Source: Planctomycetota bacterium (GTDB lineage: Bacteria; Planctomycetota; MHYJ01; JACQXL01). Taken from it: a stretch of 64,000 bases of DNA. Each line of letters starts with the position of its first letter. The first letter of the stretch is position 1. Under the pieces are notes generated by a model. The model was not told the DNA's origin, ran no database searches, and worked only from the letters and a program-made list of their open reading frames with translations. The stretch is from NCBI GenBank assembly GCA_038059695.1, contig JBBTIZ010000069.1, positions 2,969 to 66,968 on the forward strand, read 5' to 3'. Below are positions 47,327 through 60,179 of this stretch, piece after piece. Made by a program: the position numbers and the translations under genes.

Positions 47327-47431
47327 CCCCGTTAGAAGCAAACACCGCAGTGACCGCGATAGCGAACACAATTGAGATGGAAGAACTATAATTAAGTTTA
47401 ACCATCTGGCATTGAACGCTTCTAAACGGGG
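47327..47431. repeat. Hairpin/TIR element, CCCCGTTAGA family, copy 3
   Basis: CCCCGTTAGAAGC...GCTTCTAAACGGGG. The interior carries the GTTCGCTATCGCGGTCACTGCGG motif in reverse. Confidence 0.75.
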
Positions 47432-47480
47432 TGAAGGTATATGGAGGGATTTAATTAGGTATGTTTACCCAGCACATAGT

Positions 47481-48362
47481 TTATGTGCTGGGCTGTCCCC
47501 CGAATTCTTTATCAATAGATTCCTCAATATAGGTTTTCTTGTTTATCAAATCCTCACTATAAACATAATTATTACTCTTTAATCTAAACTTGGTGAAATG
47601 AACCTTAAACACTAACCACCTAAACAAAACAATATTTATGATAATTTCAGAATCTAAGAACTCAGGATATATTCCATGGATAGGCCCATACTGCTTTGAT
47701 GACAGACGTTCGATAACAATGCTTGGCGATTGACCTTCGCCCTTTATAAATATTCTAATGAAGTCTAACCTATCATCATAAATGGTTTCCCCTACCAGAA
47801 GACTTAAAAATTCATACGCAATTAAAGCAACAATCTTCCCATCTAATAACGGCCCTTTCAAAGATGGGGATATTGATTCCAGTGACCATTTTGCAACTCT
47901 TACAGTTTCAGATAACTGAACAACTTTATTTTCTTCCATGCTACGCAAAAAGTTAATCTTATCTATTACCCTATCTTCTGGTAATCCAGCAGATTTCAAC
48001 ATTTGTTCTATATTAGGAGTATTATTCTGTGAGTCGAGGATTACTGACCCATCTTTTTTTGTATGCGGCACAACCCTGAATTTAGAGTCTTTATATCTTA
48101 ATTTAATGAAATTACCTTGCTTATCTTTAGCATCATATAATTGACTGTTTTCAATCGTGCTATATAACTTAGGAATCGTATTCTTTAGATTTTTTATAGC
48201 CAGCCTAATTGATGGATATGATTTAACGCGACTCACTAATTTTGAACCTAAAGCCTTGTTACACACCGAGCAGAGCACATTTATCTGCAATCTTCCTCCA
48301 ATGCTTTCGGGTATGATATGTTCCCATGAATCCGCGGGATTTTTCAGGCAGAGAATACACAT
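47481..48362 (-). CDS. HNH-motif nuclease-like protein with unknown C-terminal domain
   Basis: CILCLKNPADSWEHIIPESIGG...LCSVCN (CxxC...EH...CxxC HNH pattern). Strongly AT-rich. Confidence 0.6.
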   Translation of the reverse strand: MCILCLKNPADSWEHIIPESIGGRLQINVLCSVCNKALGSKLVSRVKSYPSIRLAIKNLKNTIPKLYSTIENSQLYDAKDKQGNFIKLRYKDSKFRVVPHTKKDGSVILDSQNNTPNIEQMLKSAGLPEDRVIDKINFLRSMEENKVVQLSETVRVAKWSLESISPSLKGPLLDGKIVALIAYEFLSLLVGETIYDDRLDFIRIFIKGEGQSPSIVIERLSSKQYGPIHGIYPEFLDSEIIINIVLFRWLVFKVHFTKFRLKSNNYVYSEDLINKKTYIEESIDKEFGGQPST

Positions 48363-48540
48363 GTTAAAATTACAGTTAAATCTCATTATAATTTCATTTT
48401 AAGATAAATGTAGCATACTTATAGGACGACCCCGGCATCAATTATTTATATGTATTACGCCTACAGAGTGTCGTTATCTTATTTACATTTAACAGTGCAA
48501 TCTTACATCGGGTGACACAGGCTAAATTAAGATAGGAGTT

Positions 48541-48846
48541 CTATTTAGATTCATCCATTACCTTCTTGATTGATTTATCCAATATATCTTTATCTATAAC
48601 TATTTTGTTAGATGGTATATTGATAGGTTGCGGCCTAATTATTATTTCCTTAAAAACCTTATTGTTTTCATCAAAAGCTATAAGTGAAACCCGCCCTGTA
48701 ATGCGGTTAATCTTATAAAAAGCAATACTAGAATCGGAATTGATAAAATGATATTGCCAATAACTACCAGTGATTAATATGGCTATATTAATAAGCAACA
48801 GTAAGCCAATAATAACAAGCAAAAACTTTATTGATAAAATCTTCAT
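48541..48846 (-). CDS. Small membrane-anchored protein, unknown function
   Basis: N-terminal TM FLLVIIGLLLLINIAILI, GGAG SD upstream, AT-rich. Confidence 0.5.
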   Translation of the reverse strand: MKILSIKFLLVIIGLLLLINIAILITGSYWQYHFINSDSSIAFYKINRITGRVSLIAFDENNKVFKEIIIRPQPINIPSNKIVIDKDILDKSIKKVMDESK

Positions 48847-48937
48847 AACTATTTATTCTCCATTTCCAAGGGGAAACCCCCTTTATGTTTTACATTACAC
48901 TCACCCTGCCATTTACTTCACCCTACCATTTCCCCCT

Positions 48938-49090
48938 TTATCTGGCAAGGATTTGTTCCGCCGCCAAATTCTGTGACAGATTCCGGTGTTTTGAATTACC
49001 CAGATATTCATTAAGCGAGGAGACCTGCATCTTACCTTTACGGACTAGTTCAATGGCATTGGCCGCGGTTATCCTTTTGGGACACATCAT
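48938..49090 (-). pseudogene. Duplicated carB 3' end (50-codon ORF; last 43 codons colinear with the carB C-terminus)
   Basis: Positions 48921-49068 align without gaps to 50240-50387, with 128 of 148 identical (hand count). Translates as ..AANAIELVRKGKMQVSSLNEYLGNSKHRNLSQNLAAEQILAR. Confidence 0.8.
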
Positions 49091-49143
49091 TTAATTTTAT
49101 CCCCTTACTTCATTATTTCTTTCCCGGCGGTTTGAGGTATTTC

Positions 49144-49159
49144 TTGACCGACCGGTCAA
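49144..49159. promoter_or_regulatory. Palindrome TTGACCG-AC-CGGTCAA (operator-like)
   Basis: 7-2-7 dyad seen directly in the non-coding part of the cassette. Confidence 0.3.
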
Positions 49160-49318
49160 AATCGGACACATAATTCCGGTCTTCTAACCTTTCGGGTTCC
49201 CTCTTTTTGAACTACCGAGAAATCCTCGGAGGTTGCCTTGGCATTTAATTCGCCTTCGTCCCTATTCCTTACATACTATATAATATATTCTATATACTGG
49301 GCATCCTACCATTTTCCA

Positions 49319-50188
49319 TTATTTATCTTTTAGCCGTTTATTTTGCGGTTTTGAAAGATAGTTTTGCCGGGTTACCACCTTTTGACTGGTTTCCTGTTCC
49401 AGTTTTTTGCGGGCTATTCCCGCTACATTGCCGCCCCGTTGCGCCACACCCTTATTCTCACTAAAACCCTCAGGATGTTCCACTTTGGTTATCTCCGTGG
49501 TGGAGGCCTCTCCCAGCATAGAGAAAATCAGTTCCAGGTCAGTCATATGGTCGCGCAGGTTTTCCCGTTTCAGGTTTTTAAGTTTCTTGTACTGGCTGGG
49601 CGTAAGCCCAAATGTTGCCTTGGAGATTTCAGCGGTCAGTATTTCGTATTCCCGGTCTTTGGCAACGCCGCGCTTTTTCCATTCGTCGGTAAGTTCTTCA
49701 CGGATGGCAATTCCACGCATCCGTTTTTCCACCCAGTCGTCACTGTATCCCTTTGCCTTATACAATGCCCGGGTGCGTTTGGTGGCTATTTCCGGGTCTT
49801 CTATTTCCTGCACCCGTTCGTATCCGACCCGGGCCAGCCAACGTTTGAATGGCTCGGCCTTAGGCGAAGGGATGGATTGGATGATGCGGAACATCGCTTC
49901 GGTATTGGCGCAGTCCGTCTCGTATTTTTTGCCGTCTGATGATTCCAATTTCAGTTGTCGACAAAATGTCGACAACTCGGCGCCTTCTTCAGTTTCAACC
50001 CGCACTTTCATTCTATACCAATAATCGCGGGGATTTTCGCTTTCGGCCAACACGGCAATAACATCAACAACAGAAAAGAACCATTCATTTTTATGGATGG
50101 TCTTGCGGATTTTCCGGCCTCGGAAAACGGCTATTTTCGTTACAGGAACAAGTTCGCTATCGCGGTCTCTGCGGAGTTCGTTATTCAT
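49319..50188 (-). CDS. Bro-N / DinD-like (phage antirepressor-type) protein
   Basis: FRGRKIRKTIHKNEWFFSVVDVIAVL...PRDYWYRMK Bro-N pattern and the conserved YKAKGYSDDWVEKRMRGIAIREELTDEWKKRGV segment. Confidence 0.7.
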   Translation of the reverse strand: MNNELRRDRDSELVPVTKIAVFRGRKIRKTIHKNEWFFSVVDVIAVLAESENPRDYWYRMKVRVETEEGAELSTFCRQLKLESSDGKKYETDCANTEAMFRIIQSIPSPKAEPFKRWLARVGYERVQEIEDPEIATKRTRALYKAKGYSDDWVEKRMRGIAIREELTDEWKKRGVAKDREYEILTAEISKATFGLTPSQYKKLKNLKRENLRDHMTDLELIFSMLGEASTTEITKVEHPEGFSENKGVAQRGGNVAGIARKKLEQETSQKVVTRQNYLSKPQNKRLKDK

Positions 50189-50256
50189 AATTTACCCTTT
50201 CCGAAAACTGTGGAATTCCGGGGACAATCTTAGATTCTACCCTACCATTTTTGCCT

Positions 50257-53754
<3,498 letters not shown>

Positions 53755-53800
53755 AAATCAGTTTATCAGTTAAGTCAGTTAGGCCTATCTATCTGTTCCC

Positions 53801-54781
53801 TTATTTCTTTTCCGCCGGATAAAATTCATATTCCCAGGCGGTACCACGTATCGGAATCTCCTCAATTTTACCGGATGCTTCCTTTATCTTATAGTTAAAA
53901 CACTCAACCCGATTACCTTTATCATCATATTTGGAAATCTCTTTCCATTTTAACTTGCCTTCAGCGGTATAGTTAGCATACTCAACCCGATTGTTCTTAT
54001 CATCATACTTAGAAAGCCACTTATGTTCTAACTTGACCTCAGCGTCATAGTAAGCCAATTCAATCTCATTACCTTTATCATCATACTTGCAAGTAGATTT
54101 CCATTCTAACTTACCATTAGCGTAATAAACATCCTGCTCAACCTCATTACCCTTATCATCATACTTATAAAAACCCTTAGAGTATAATTTACCCTTAGCG
54201 TCATAGACAGCCCACTCAATTTCATTACCCTTGTCATCATACTTGTAAAGATTCTTATTGTATAATTCGCCCTCATCACCATATGAAACCCACTCAATCC
54301 GATTGCCTTTATCATCGTACTTGTAAAGATACTTATATTTTGACTTGCCCACAGCGTTATAGAGAGCATCCTCAACCTGATTGCCCTTATCATCATATTT
54401 GGAAAAACCCTTAGAGTATACCTTACCGTCAGCGTAATAGACATTCTCCTCGACCTGATTACCATTATCATCATACTTGCAAAGACCTTTAGTGTATAAC
54501 TTACCATCAGTATTATAGTGAGCCCACTCAACCCGCTTGCCCTTATCATCATATTTGATAACTGTCTTGCCTAACGCCTCTATTTTACCAGACTTTTTAT
54601 TAAACTCATAATTAGTCTCTGTCGTTGTCTTAAGTCCTTTGGGTATCTTTTCCTTTTTATCTTTGGCAAAGGCGGGATTAAAACCAACTATGATGAGGAA
54701 TAAAAACACAAGGGTTGACCAGATTATCATCAATTTCTTATTCGTGTCATTCGTATTCATTCGTGATATTCGTGTTAGCAT
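53801..54781 (-). CDS. Exported protein with nine 26-aa YD-like repeats (KYDDKGN.VE)
   Basis: Nine KYDD(K/N)GN units and a signal-like MIIWSTLVFLFLIIVGFNPAFA. The first codons are repeat-encoded, so the start is uncertain (54781, 54760 or 54730). Confidence 0.65.
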   Translation of the reverse strand: MLTRISRMNTNDTNKKLMIIWSTLVFLFLIIVGFNPAFAKDKKEKIPKGLKTTTETNYEFNKKSGKIEALGKTVIKYDDKGKRVEWAHYNTDGKLYTKGLCKYDDNGNQVEENVYYADGKVYSKGFSKYDDKGNQVEDALYNAVGKSKYKYLYKYDDKGNRIEWVSYGDEGELYNKNLYKYDDKGNEIEWAVYDAKGKLYSKGFYKYDDKGNEVEQDVYYANGKLEWKSTCKYDDKGNEIELAYYDAEVKLEHKWLSKYDDKNNRVEYANYTAEGKLKWKEISKYDDKGNRVECFNYKIKEASGKIEEIPIRGTAWEYEFYPAEKK

Positions 54782-54860
54782 TTACTCTTTATATTCGCTT
54801 CGCAGTCTCTTCGAGTTCGTCCTATTCACTTCGTGGTCACGCTTCGCTTAGTGCGTGTTC
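54740..54860. repeat. ATTCGTG 9-10-bp run plus conserved 36-bp block
   Basis: ATTCGTG-type anchors at 54740, 54749, 54759 and 54768. Positions 54768-54803 are identical to 62053-62088. Confidence 0.85.
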
Positions 54861-54882
54861 CATATTAATTCCGTTATATTAC

Positions 54883-56010
54883 TTATTTTCTACTGTCTAC
54901 TTCCTTTATGAATCTGTCGAATAAATACTTGCTATCCCACGGACCGGGCGAGGCCTCAGGGTGATACTGGACCGAGAATATCGGCAGTTTCTTATGCCTC
55001 ATCGCCTCAACCGTTCCGTCATTGACATTCAACGCGGTGATTTCTATATCCGTTGGAATCGAATTCTGGTCCACGGCAAACCCGTGGTTCTGCGAAGTGA
55101 TATAGACCTTGTTATCCGAGAAGAATTTGACCGGCTGATTCGCGCCCCGGTGGCCGAACTTGAGTTTATAGGTCTTGGCCCCAAAGGCCAGGGACAGAAT
55201 CTGGTGCCCCAGGCAGATACCCATTATCGGATATTTTTCATATATGGCCCGGATGGTCTGGACCACGCTGGCCATGATTTCAGGATGGGCCGGGTCGCCC
55301 GGCCCGTTGGAAACCAGGATGCCATCCGGCTTGATATTATTTATCTCATCAGCCGTGGTGTTATACGGCGCCCGGATGACCGTGCAGCCCCGCTGGGTGA
55401 GTTCGCGGATGATATTCATCTTGGTGCCGCAATCAATCAGCAGAATCTTCGGACCCTCTTTGCCAGAGTAATTCTCAGGATGCAGGGTAACCGGCGCGGA
55501 ACAGGACACCTCGGACACCAGATTATATTTATCAGGCGAAGGCATCATCTTGGCCTCGTAGCGCAGGATATCCAGTTCCGAAGCCGAGATATTGCCGGCA
55601 CTGGTCTTGAGAATGGCCCTGAGGGTTCCGGACTGGCGGGTCTTGATGGTCAGTTGCCGGGTATCTATGCCGGAGATGCCTGGGATGCGATGGCCTTTCA
55701 GGAAACTATCCAGGGTCATACCGGACAATCTGTGCGAGGGCTGGTCGCAGAGTTCACGGACCACAAACCCCTCGGCCTGAATCTTCTCTGATTCCGAATA
55801 TTCGGGGCTGATGCCGTAGTTTCCGATTAAGGGATAGGTCATCATCAGGATTTGGCCGTTGTATGACGGGTCGGTCAGGGCTTCCTGGTAGCCGGTCATT
55901 CCGGTATTGAAAACGAGTTCGCCCTTGATGGTTTTTTCGCTGCCGAAACCGTTGCCGTGAATAATTGAACCGTCCTCTAACACGAGGACCGCCTTAAGAG
56001 GTGCTGTCAT
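54883..56010 (-). CDS. carA: Carbamoyl-phosphate synthase small subunit
   Basis: LVLEDGSIIHGNGFG, GICLGHQ and VQYHPEASPGP. Confidence 0.95.
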   Translation of the reverse strand: MTAPLKAVLVLEDGSIIHGNGFGSEKTIKGELVFNTGMTGYQEALTDPSYNGQILMMTYPLIGNYGISPEYSESEKIQAEGFVVRELCDQPSHRLSGMTLDSFLKGHRIPGISGIDTRQLTIKTRQSGTLRAILKTSAGNISASELDILRYEAKMMPSPDKYNLVSEVSCSAPVTLHPENYSGKEGPKILLIDCGTKMNIIRELTQRGCTVIRAPYNTTADEINNIKPDGILVSNGPGDPAHPEIMASVVQTIRAIYEKYPIMGICLGHQILSLAFGAKTYKLKFGHRGANQPVKFFSDNKVYITSQNHGFAVDQNSIPTDIEITALNVNDGTVEAMRHKKLPIFSVQYHPEASPGPWDSKYLFDRFIKEVDSRK

Positions 56011-56063
56011 TTAGTGATTTTTAGAACCTTATTTACCATTAAAAAAGCCGAGGTGTCAACAAA

Positions 56064-56492
56064 TTATGGAATATTTTTAGAACACAAGCAATTTTAGATT
56101 CATAAGGTATGTCCTTAAGCGATATATGCTCTGTCCTTATGAATAAAACCATATGTCATTTTAGAATAAACCCAATGTCCCTTTGTTATAAACCCTACGT
56201 CCTTATGAAACAAAAGGTATGTCCCTTTGTTTCAAACGGTATATCCTTTTAGAATAAATCGTATGTCCCTTTATAACAAACCCTATGTCCTTTTGGAACA
56301 AATCGTATGTCCTTCTGTTCTAAAAAGTATGTCCTTTTAGAATAAACCCAATGTCCTTATATAACAAACGATATGTCTTTTTATAATAAACGGTATATCC
56401 TCTTGGGACAAACCCTATATCCTGTAGAAATAATACGAACTACCTCTTATATAACAGGGGGTATCCCCTACCAGTAGGGAGGGGGGGTATCT
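56064..56492. repeat. Tandem array 2: about 18 units of 22 bp (consensus AAACNNTATGTCCTTTTNNAAY)
   Basis: TATGTCC-type cores every 22 bp from 56108 to 56416 (15 units), with degenerate units on both sides. Ends in GGGGGTATCCCC and GGGGGGGTATC. Confidence 0.9.
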
Positions 56493-56752
56493 TGACAATG
56501 CTTTTGAGTGGTACAAGTAAGATAAGAATATAAATATCAATAAGATATAGTAAAAGCGGTTGTTTCTAAGGGGGCAAAATGGGGTGTCTGGAGCGGTTAA
56601 AAGGGGTATAAAACGGCTTATTTTTCGTGCTTGCGCCGGGCTAATTCGCTACTATAATGCACGCCCAGAGTGGCTGTGTTTTCTTTGAGCCAATCCGTGA
56701 ATCTGGTTTGCCCTGTCGGCGATGATTGCGTGCAGAGTAAATTAGCCATCAA

Positions 56753-57538
56753 TCATTTTATCTCATCCCTCGTGACAATCACATCTCCCATAATCGTGCC
56801 CATAAGCCAGCCGGCCAGATATCCAATTATCGGCGGAATGGAAATAATCGGCCTGGTCACCCCTATGGCATCCCTGATTTGCCTAACCAATTCCCGATAG
56901 GTAAATGTCTCAGGACCAATGGCATCAATGATACAATTATCGCTTCTCTGCCCTTGCTCAACAGCCAATCTGGCCAGGTCAACTGCATAGATGGGCTGGA
57001 GCCGGTAGTTACCGTCACCGAATACGCCGAATATTGGGAAGTTTCTCAGAAACCAGGCGATGTTGTTTATCAGGATATCCTCTTTACCGAATATAATCGC
57101 CGGCCTGAGAATGGCATACGACAAGCCGGATTCTATCAAGGCGCGTTCCACCTTTGCCTTGCCGCTGAAATATTCCAGAGGCGAATCCACAGCCGGGTTG
57201 GTCACGCTGATATGAACCACCCTTTTTACCCCGGCCTTCTTAGCCGCATCAAACAGTTTGGCGGAATTATCAACTGCTTGGGCAAAAGAGAAATTCTTAT
57301 GATTAAACCTGACCCAATAGGTGTTATAAAGAACCGCAGTCCCGCGCAGGGAATTAATAAGCTCCTCGGCGTTATCAAAATGAAGCGGATGGACTTTTAT
57401 TTTGTCTCCGAACGGATTATCACAAGGAGCCTTATTAGTTAATGTATGTGCCTCATAGCCGGCATCAATAAGCTGTCTGGCAATATATCGGCCGGTATAT
57501 CCGAATGCGCCGGTCACGGTCTGAATCTCGGAGGGCAT
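56753..57538 (-). CDS. NAD(P)-binding SDR/NmrA-like protein
   Basis: Rossmann TGAFGYTGRYIARQL with an epimerase/NDUFA9-like layout. Confidence 0.75.
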   Translation of the reverse strand: MPSEIQTVTGAFGYTGRYIARQLIDAGYEAHTLTNKAPCDNPFGDKIKVHPLHFDNAEELINSLRGTAVLYNTYWVRFNHKNFSFAQAVDNSAKLFDAAKKAGVKRVVHISVTNPAVDSPLEYFSGKAKVERALIESGLSYAILRPAIIFGKEDILINNIAWFLRNFPIFGVFGDGNYRLQPIYAVDLARLAVEQGQRSDNCIIDAIGPETFTYRELVRQIRDAIGVTRPIISIPPIIGYLAGWLMGTIMGDVIVTRDEIK

Positions 57539-57563
57539 AATCTAATTAAAACACATCCCGGAT

Positions 57564-60098
57564 CTATTTCTTAGAATCAGTATTTTTATACTTCGTTACA
57601 AAAGCATCATAAAATCCGAAGTGGTTATTACCATTCAGCCCACCTGTTGTGTAACCACCTATATATACATTATCTTTATTATCTACAGCAATACTACTAG
57701 CCCAATCATGTCCATTAGTTCCTGACTGTTTAGACCATAGTTTTTTACCATTAGAATCGTACTTAACCATAAAGAAATCATAAGTACCCGCATTAATAAC
57801 ATCATCTATCTTATCAGAAGTATAACCACAGACATATATATTATTATTTATATCAGCGGTGATACCGGCTACCCGATCATCTCCCGGGGTACTTAATAGT
57901 TTCGTCCATAGCAATTCGCCTGCTGGGGTATACTTGGTTATGAAAACGTCCACATATGTATCACTAGACCCCTTACCTAAGGAATCTGAAACACTTACAT
58001 ATATATTCCCAGCGCTATCAACAGTAGTATTACTTTCTTTGCCCGAATGACTATCTAAAATTTTCAACCATTGTCTTTCACCATTAGAATTATACTTAGT
58101 CAGAAAGTTCTCAAGATGCCAGTCGCTGGTGGCTTTTTCCTTAAACCCACTACAGGTATGACCAGAGATATAGATATTATTAGATTTGTCTATGGCAATA
58201 TCCTCTGACACCGTCCAATTTACTGCTCCTAAAAGTTTTGTCCATTGTTTTACACCATCGGAATTGTATTTAACTATAAACCCATCTCCGCCCCCTTTAA
58301 GAGAATTACCATCAAGATTACCGCCTGTTACGCCAACTACATAAATATTATTAGATGAATCAAGTGCAATACTATGAGCATAATCAAATTCCCCCGACCC
58401 TATCTGGGTGGTCCATAACCTATTACCATTACCGTCAAACTTAATTACAAAGATATCCTTGTCACCAGCATTGACATTACCGTCAATACCTCCCCAGGTA
58501 TGGCCACAAACATAAAGATTACCGAAAGTATCTATGGAAATACCTACGGCTTCATCGCCCTCTTTTGTACCGAACTGCCTAAACCAAATCTGATTGCCGT
58601 TAGCATCATATTTTGCCGCATACGCCTGACTTCTGTCTCCCGGATTAATATAACCATTCAAACTCCCTTCAGTATCTCCACAAACATAAACACTACCTAA
58701 AATATCAACAACAATATCGGAAACCTTATCGTTCCTTGCCGTCCCGAATTGCTTAGTCCAGACCCAACCGCTTGGCGGAAGTGGGTTTTGAGTATCCGCC
58801 TCACTTCCTCCAAACACCTTCTTCCTTTTCCAGAGAGGAGACCCTCCTATGTATCCTTGCACATTTTCCTCAAGAATTACTTTTTTATCAGAATACGGCA
58901 ATACAAAAATACCAAAAGGCGTTGCATTGTCTGCTTCACCCATTGTCTGGTACCACAGATGTTCGTATTTGAATAATATTTTATCTATCTCTTCGGTAAT
59001 TGAAACAACTTTAATGCCCCAACTATTAGAGCGTTGCCCAGCAAAGATTCCGACACACATTTCTTCGGTAAAATCTATTTCGGGAATATTATCATTTGGG
59101 CTATGGTGTTGCCACATCTTTGCCCATTCTTCTTTTGTCTTGACAAGATAAAACTCCTCTTCTTTTATCTTGCTATGGGCGCCAGACCATGATGGTTTGC
59201 CTGTTTTTATATCCTTCTTTTTCTCTGCCTGCTTTGTTTTATCTTCGGACATTGTTAATGCATCATTCTTATCGGTCAGAACAATCTCGTCACTGTCTCC
59301 GGCAAGTCCTTTTATCAATCTATGATTCTCATCAACCCAGAAATAAATATTATTCTCCCTAAGTTTACCGGCGAATTTATAACACTCGACTTTCTCGTTC
59401 TTATAAGCAATCTCTTCTTTGCCTGCGAATTTAAGCGGTGCGGTCTTTAACGGTTCAAGCCCGTCCTCCTCATTAAGGGCAAATATTGAATAACCGTACA
59501 ACAGGTTCTCATCCGGCGGTAAAACCGTGGCGCAGATAAAACCGCCCTCCCAGGTAATCATATTTTCCGGTATATCAACGGTCTTATCCAAAGATGTTAT
59601 TTTACCTACGGCTTTTGTCTCGCCGGTGAGTTTTCCTTTGCCATCCTGAACCTTTAATTTCATATCAAATGTTGCAAATCCAATCCCAGCGCTTCCTTTA
59701 ACCTCTTCGTATAATGGAGTCAGGTATTTATTCTTTTTGGTATACGAAGTTATCTCCGCAAATCCTATTACCGGCTTATTTACCACCCATTTACCTTTTA
59801 CCTTAAAAACCTCCTGTCCCTCATATTTAGCATCCTTGATAGAAAGAACCATGTAGCCGATTTTCTGGCCATTTTGTATCCAGTTATAATACTGTGTCCC
59901 GAATGTCTGCGGCAGATTCCTGATACGCTTGTTCCATTCATCTTCTTGTGAGAATTGTTCTCGGTTATTGATATTCTGGGTGCTTTGATAGGATATTTGC
60001 CGCACAGGTGCAGCGGGTTTATAATAGTACCTTATAACAGCAACGCAACTTGCGGATATTAAAACCGCTATTACGAAATAACATATACTTCTTAACAT
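57564..60098 (-). CDS. Large exported protein with C-terminal SBBP-type beta-propeller repeats
   Basis: Signal/anchor at the N-terminus. Repeated D.A..IA.D..GN(I/V)YV.G.T.G...G...G..D.F(V/I).KY...G...W units. Confidence 0.7.
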   Translation of the reverse strand: MLRSICYFVIAVLISASCVAVIRYYYKPAAPVRQISYQSTQNINNREQFSQEDEWNKRIRNLPQTFGTQYYNWIQNGQKIGYMVLSIKDAKYEGQEVFKVKGKWVVNKPVIGFAEITSYTKKNKYLTPLYEEVKGSAGIGFATFDMKLKVQDGKGKLTGETKAVGKITSLDKTVDIPENMITWEGGFICATVLPPDENLLYGYSIFALNEEDGLEPLKTAPLKFAGKEEIAYKNEKVECYKFAGKLRENNIYFWVDENHRLIKGLAGDSDEIVLTDKNDALTMSEDKTKQAEKKKDIKTGKPSWSGAHSKIKEEEFYLVKTKEEWAKMWQHHSPNDNIPEIDFTEEMCVGIFAGQRSNSWGIKVVSITEEIDKILFKYEHLWYQTMGEADNATPFGIFVLPYSDKKVILEENVQGYIGGSPLWKRKKVFGGSEADTQNPLPPSGWVWTKQFGTARNDKVSDIVVDILGSVYVCGDTEGSLNGYINPGDRSQAYAAKYDANGNQIWFRQFGTKEGDEAVGISIDTFGNLYVCGHTWGGIDGNVNAGDKDIFVIKFDGNGNRLWTTQIGSGEFDYAHSIALDSSNNIYVVGVTGGNLDGNSLKGGGDGFIVKYNSDGVKQWTKLLGAVNWTVSEDIAIDKSNNIYISGHTCSGFKEKATSDWHLENFLTKYNSNGERQWLKILDSHSGKESNTTVDSAGNIYVSVSDSLGKGSSDTYVDVFITKYTPAGELLWTKLLSTPGDDRVAGITADINNNIYVCGYTSDKIDDVINAGTYDFFMVKYDSNGKKLWSKQSGTNGHDWASSIAVDNKDNVYIGGYTTGGLNGNNHFGFYDAFVTKYKNTDSKK

Positions 60099-60179
60099 AT
60101 TAATCTGTGCAAGTACCCAGTGTGCGCCCCGAAAGTTTTCGGGGTGCTCCTGACCATTGCTAACGCAAAGGGCTGTGGC

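Larger units (their letters stand above)
49069..50239. mobile_element. 1.17-kb cassette bracketed by direct repeats of the carB 3' end
   Basis: Lies between the two carB-end copies and carries only the Bro-N-like gene. No recombinase seen. Confidence 0.45.

Noticed and set aside
46900-50250. Reading the whole queC-carB gap as a prophage or integrative island
   Set aside because: No integrase, terminase, capsid or other structural genes are present. A Bro-N protein alone is insufficient. Only the 1.17-kb segment between the carB-end repeats has an insertion footprint.
54106-54552. 148-aa alternative-frame ORF inside the YD-like repeat gene
   Set aside because: It is on the same strand but out of frame, and is kept open only by the 78-bp DNA periodicity. 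The KYDDKGN frame has the signal peptide and a coherent repeat.
56064-56492. The tandem arrays (also 17914-18274 and 46942-47311) as CRISPR loci
   Set aside because: The period is only 21-22 bp with no repeat/spacer alternation, the units are degenerate rather than identical, and no cas genes are in the window.
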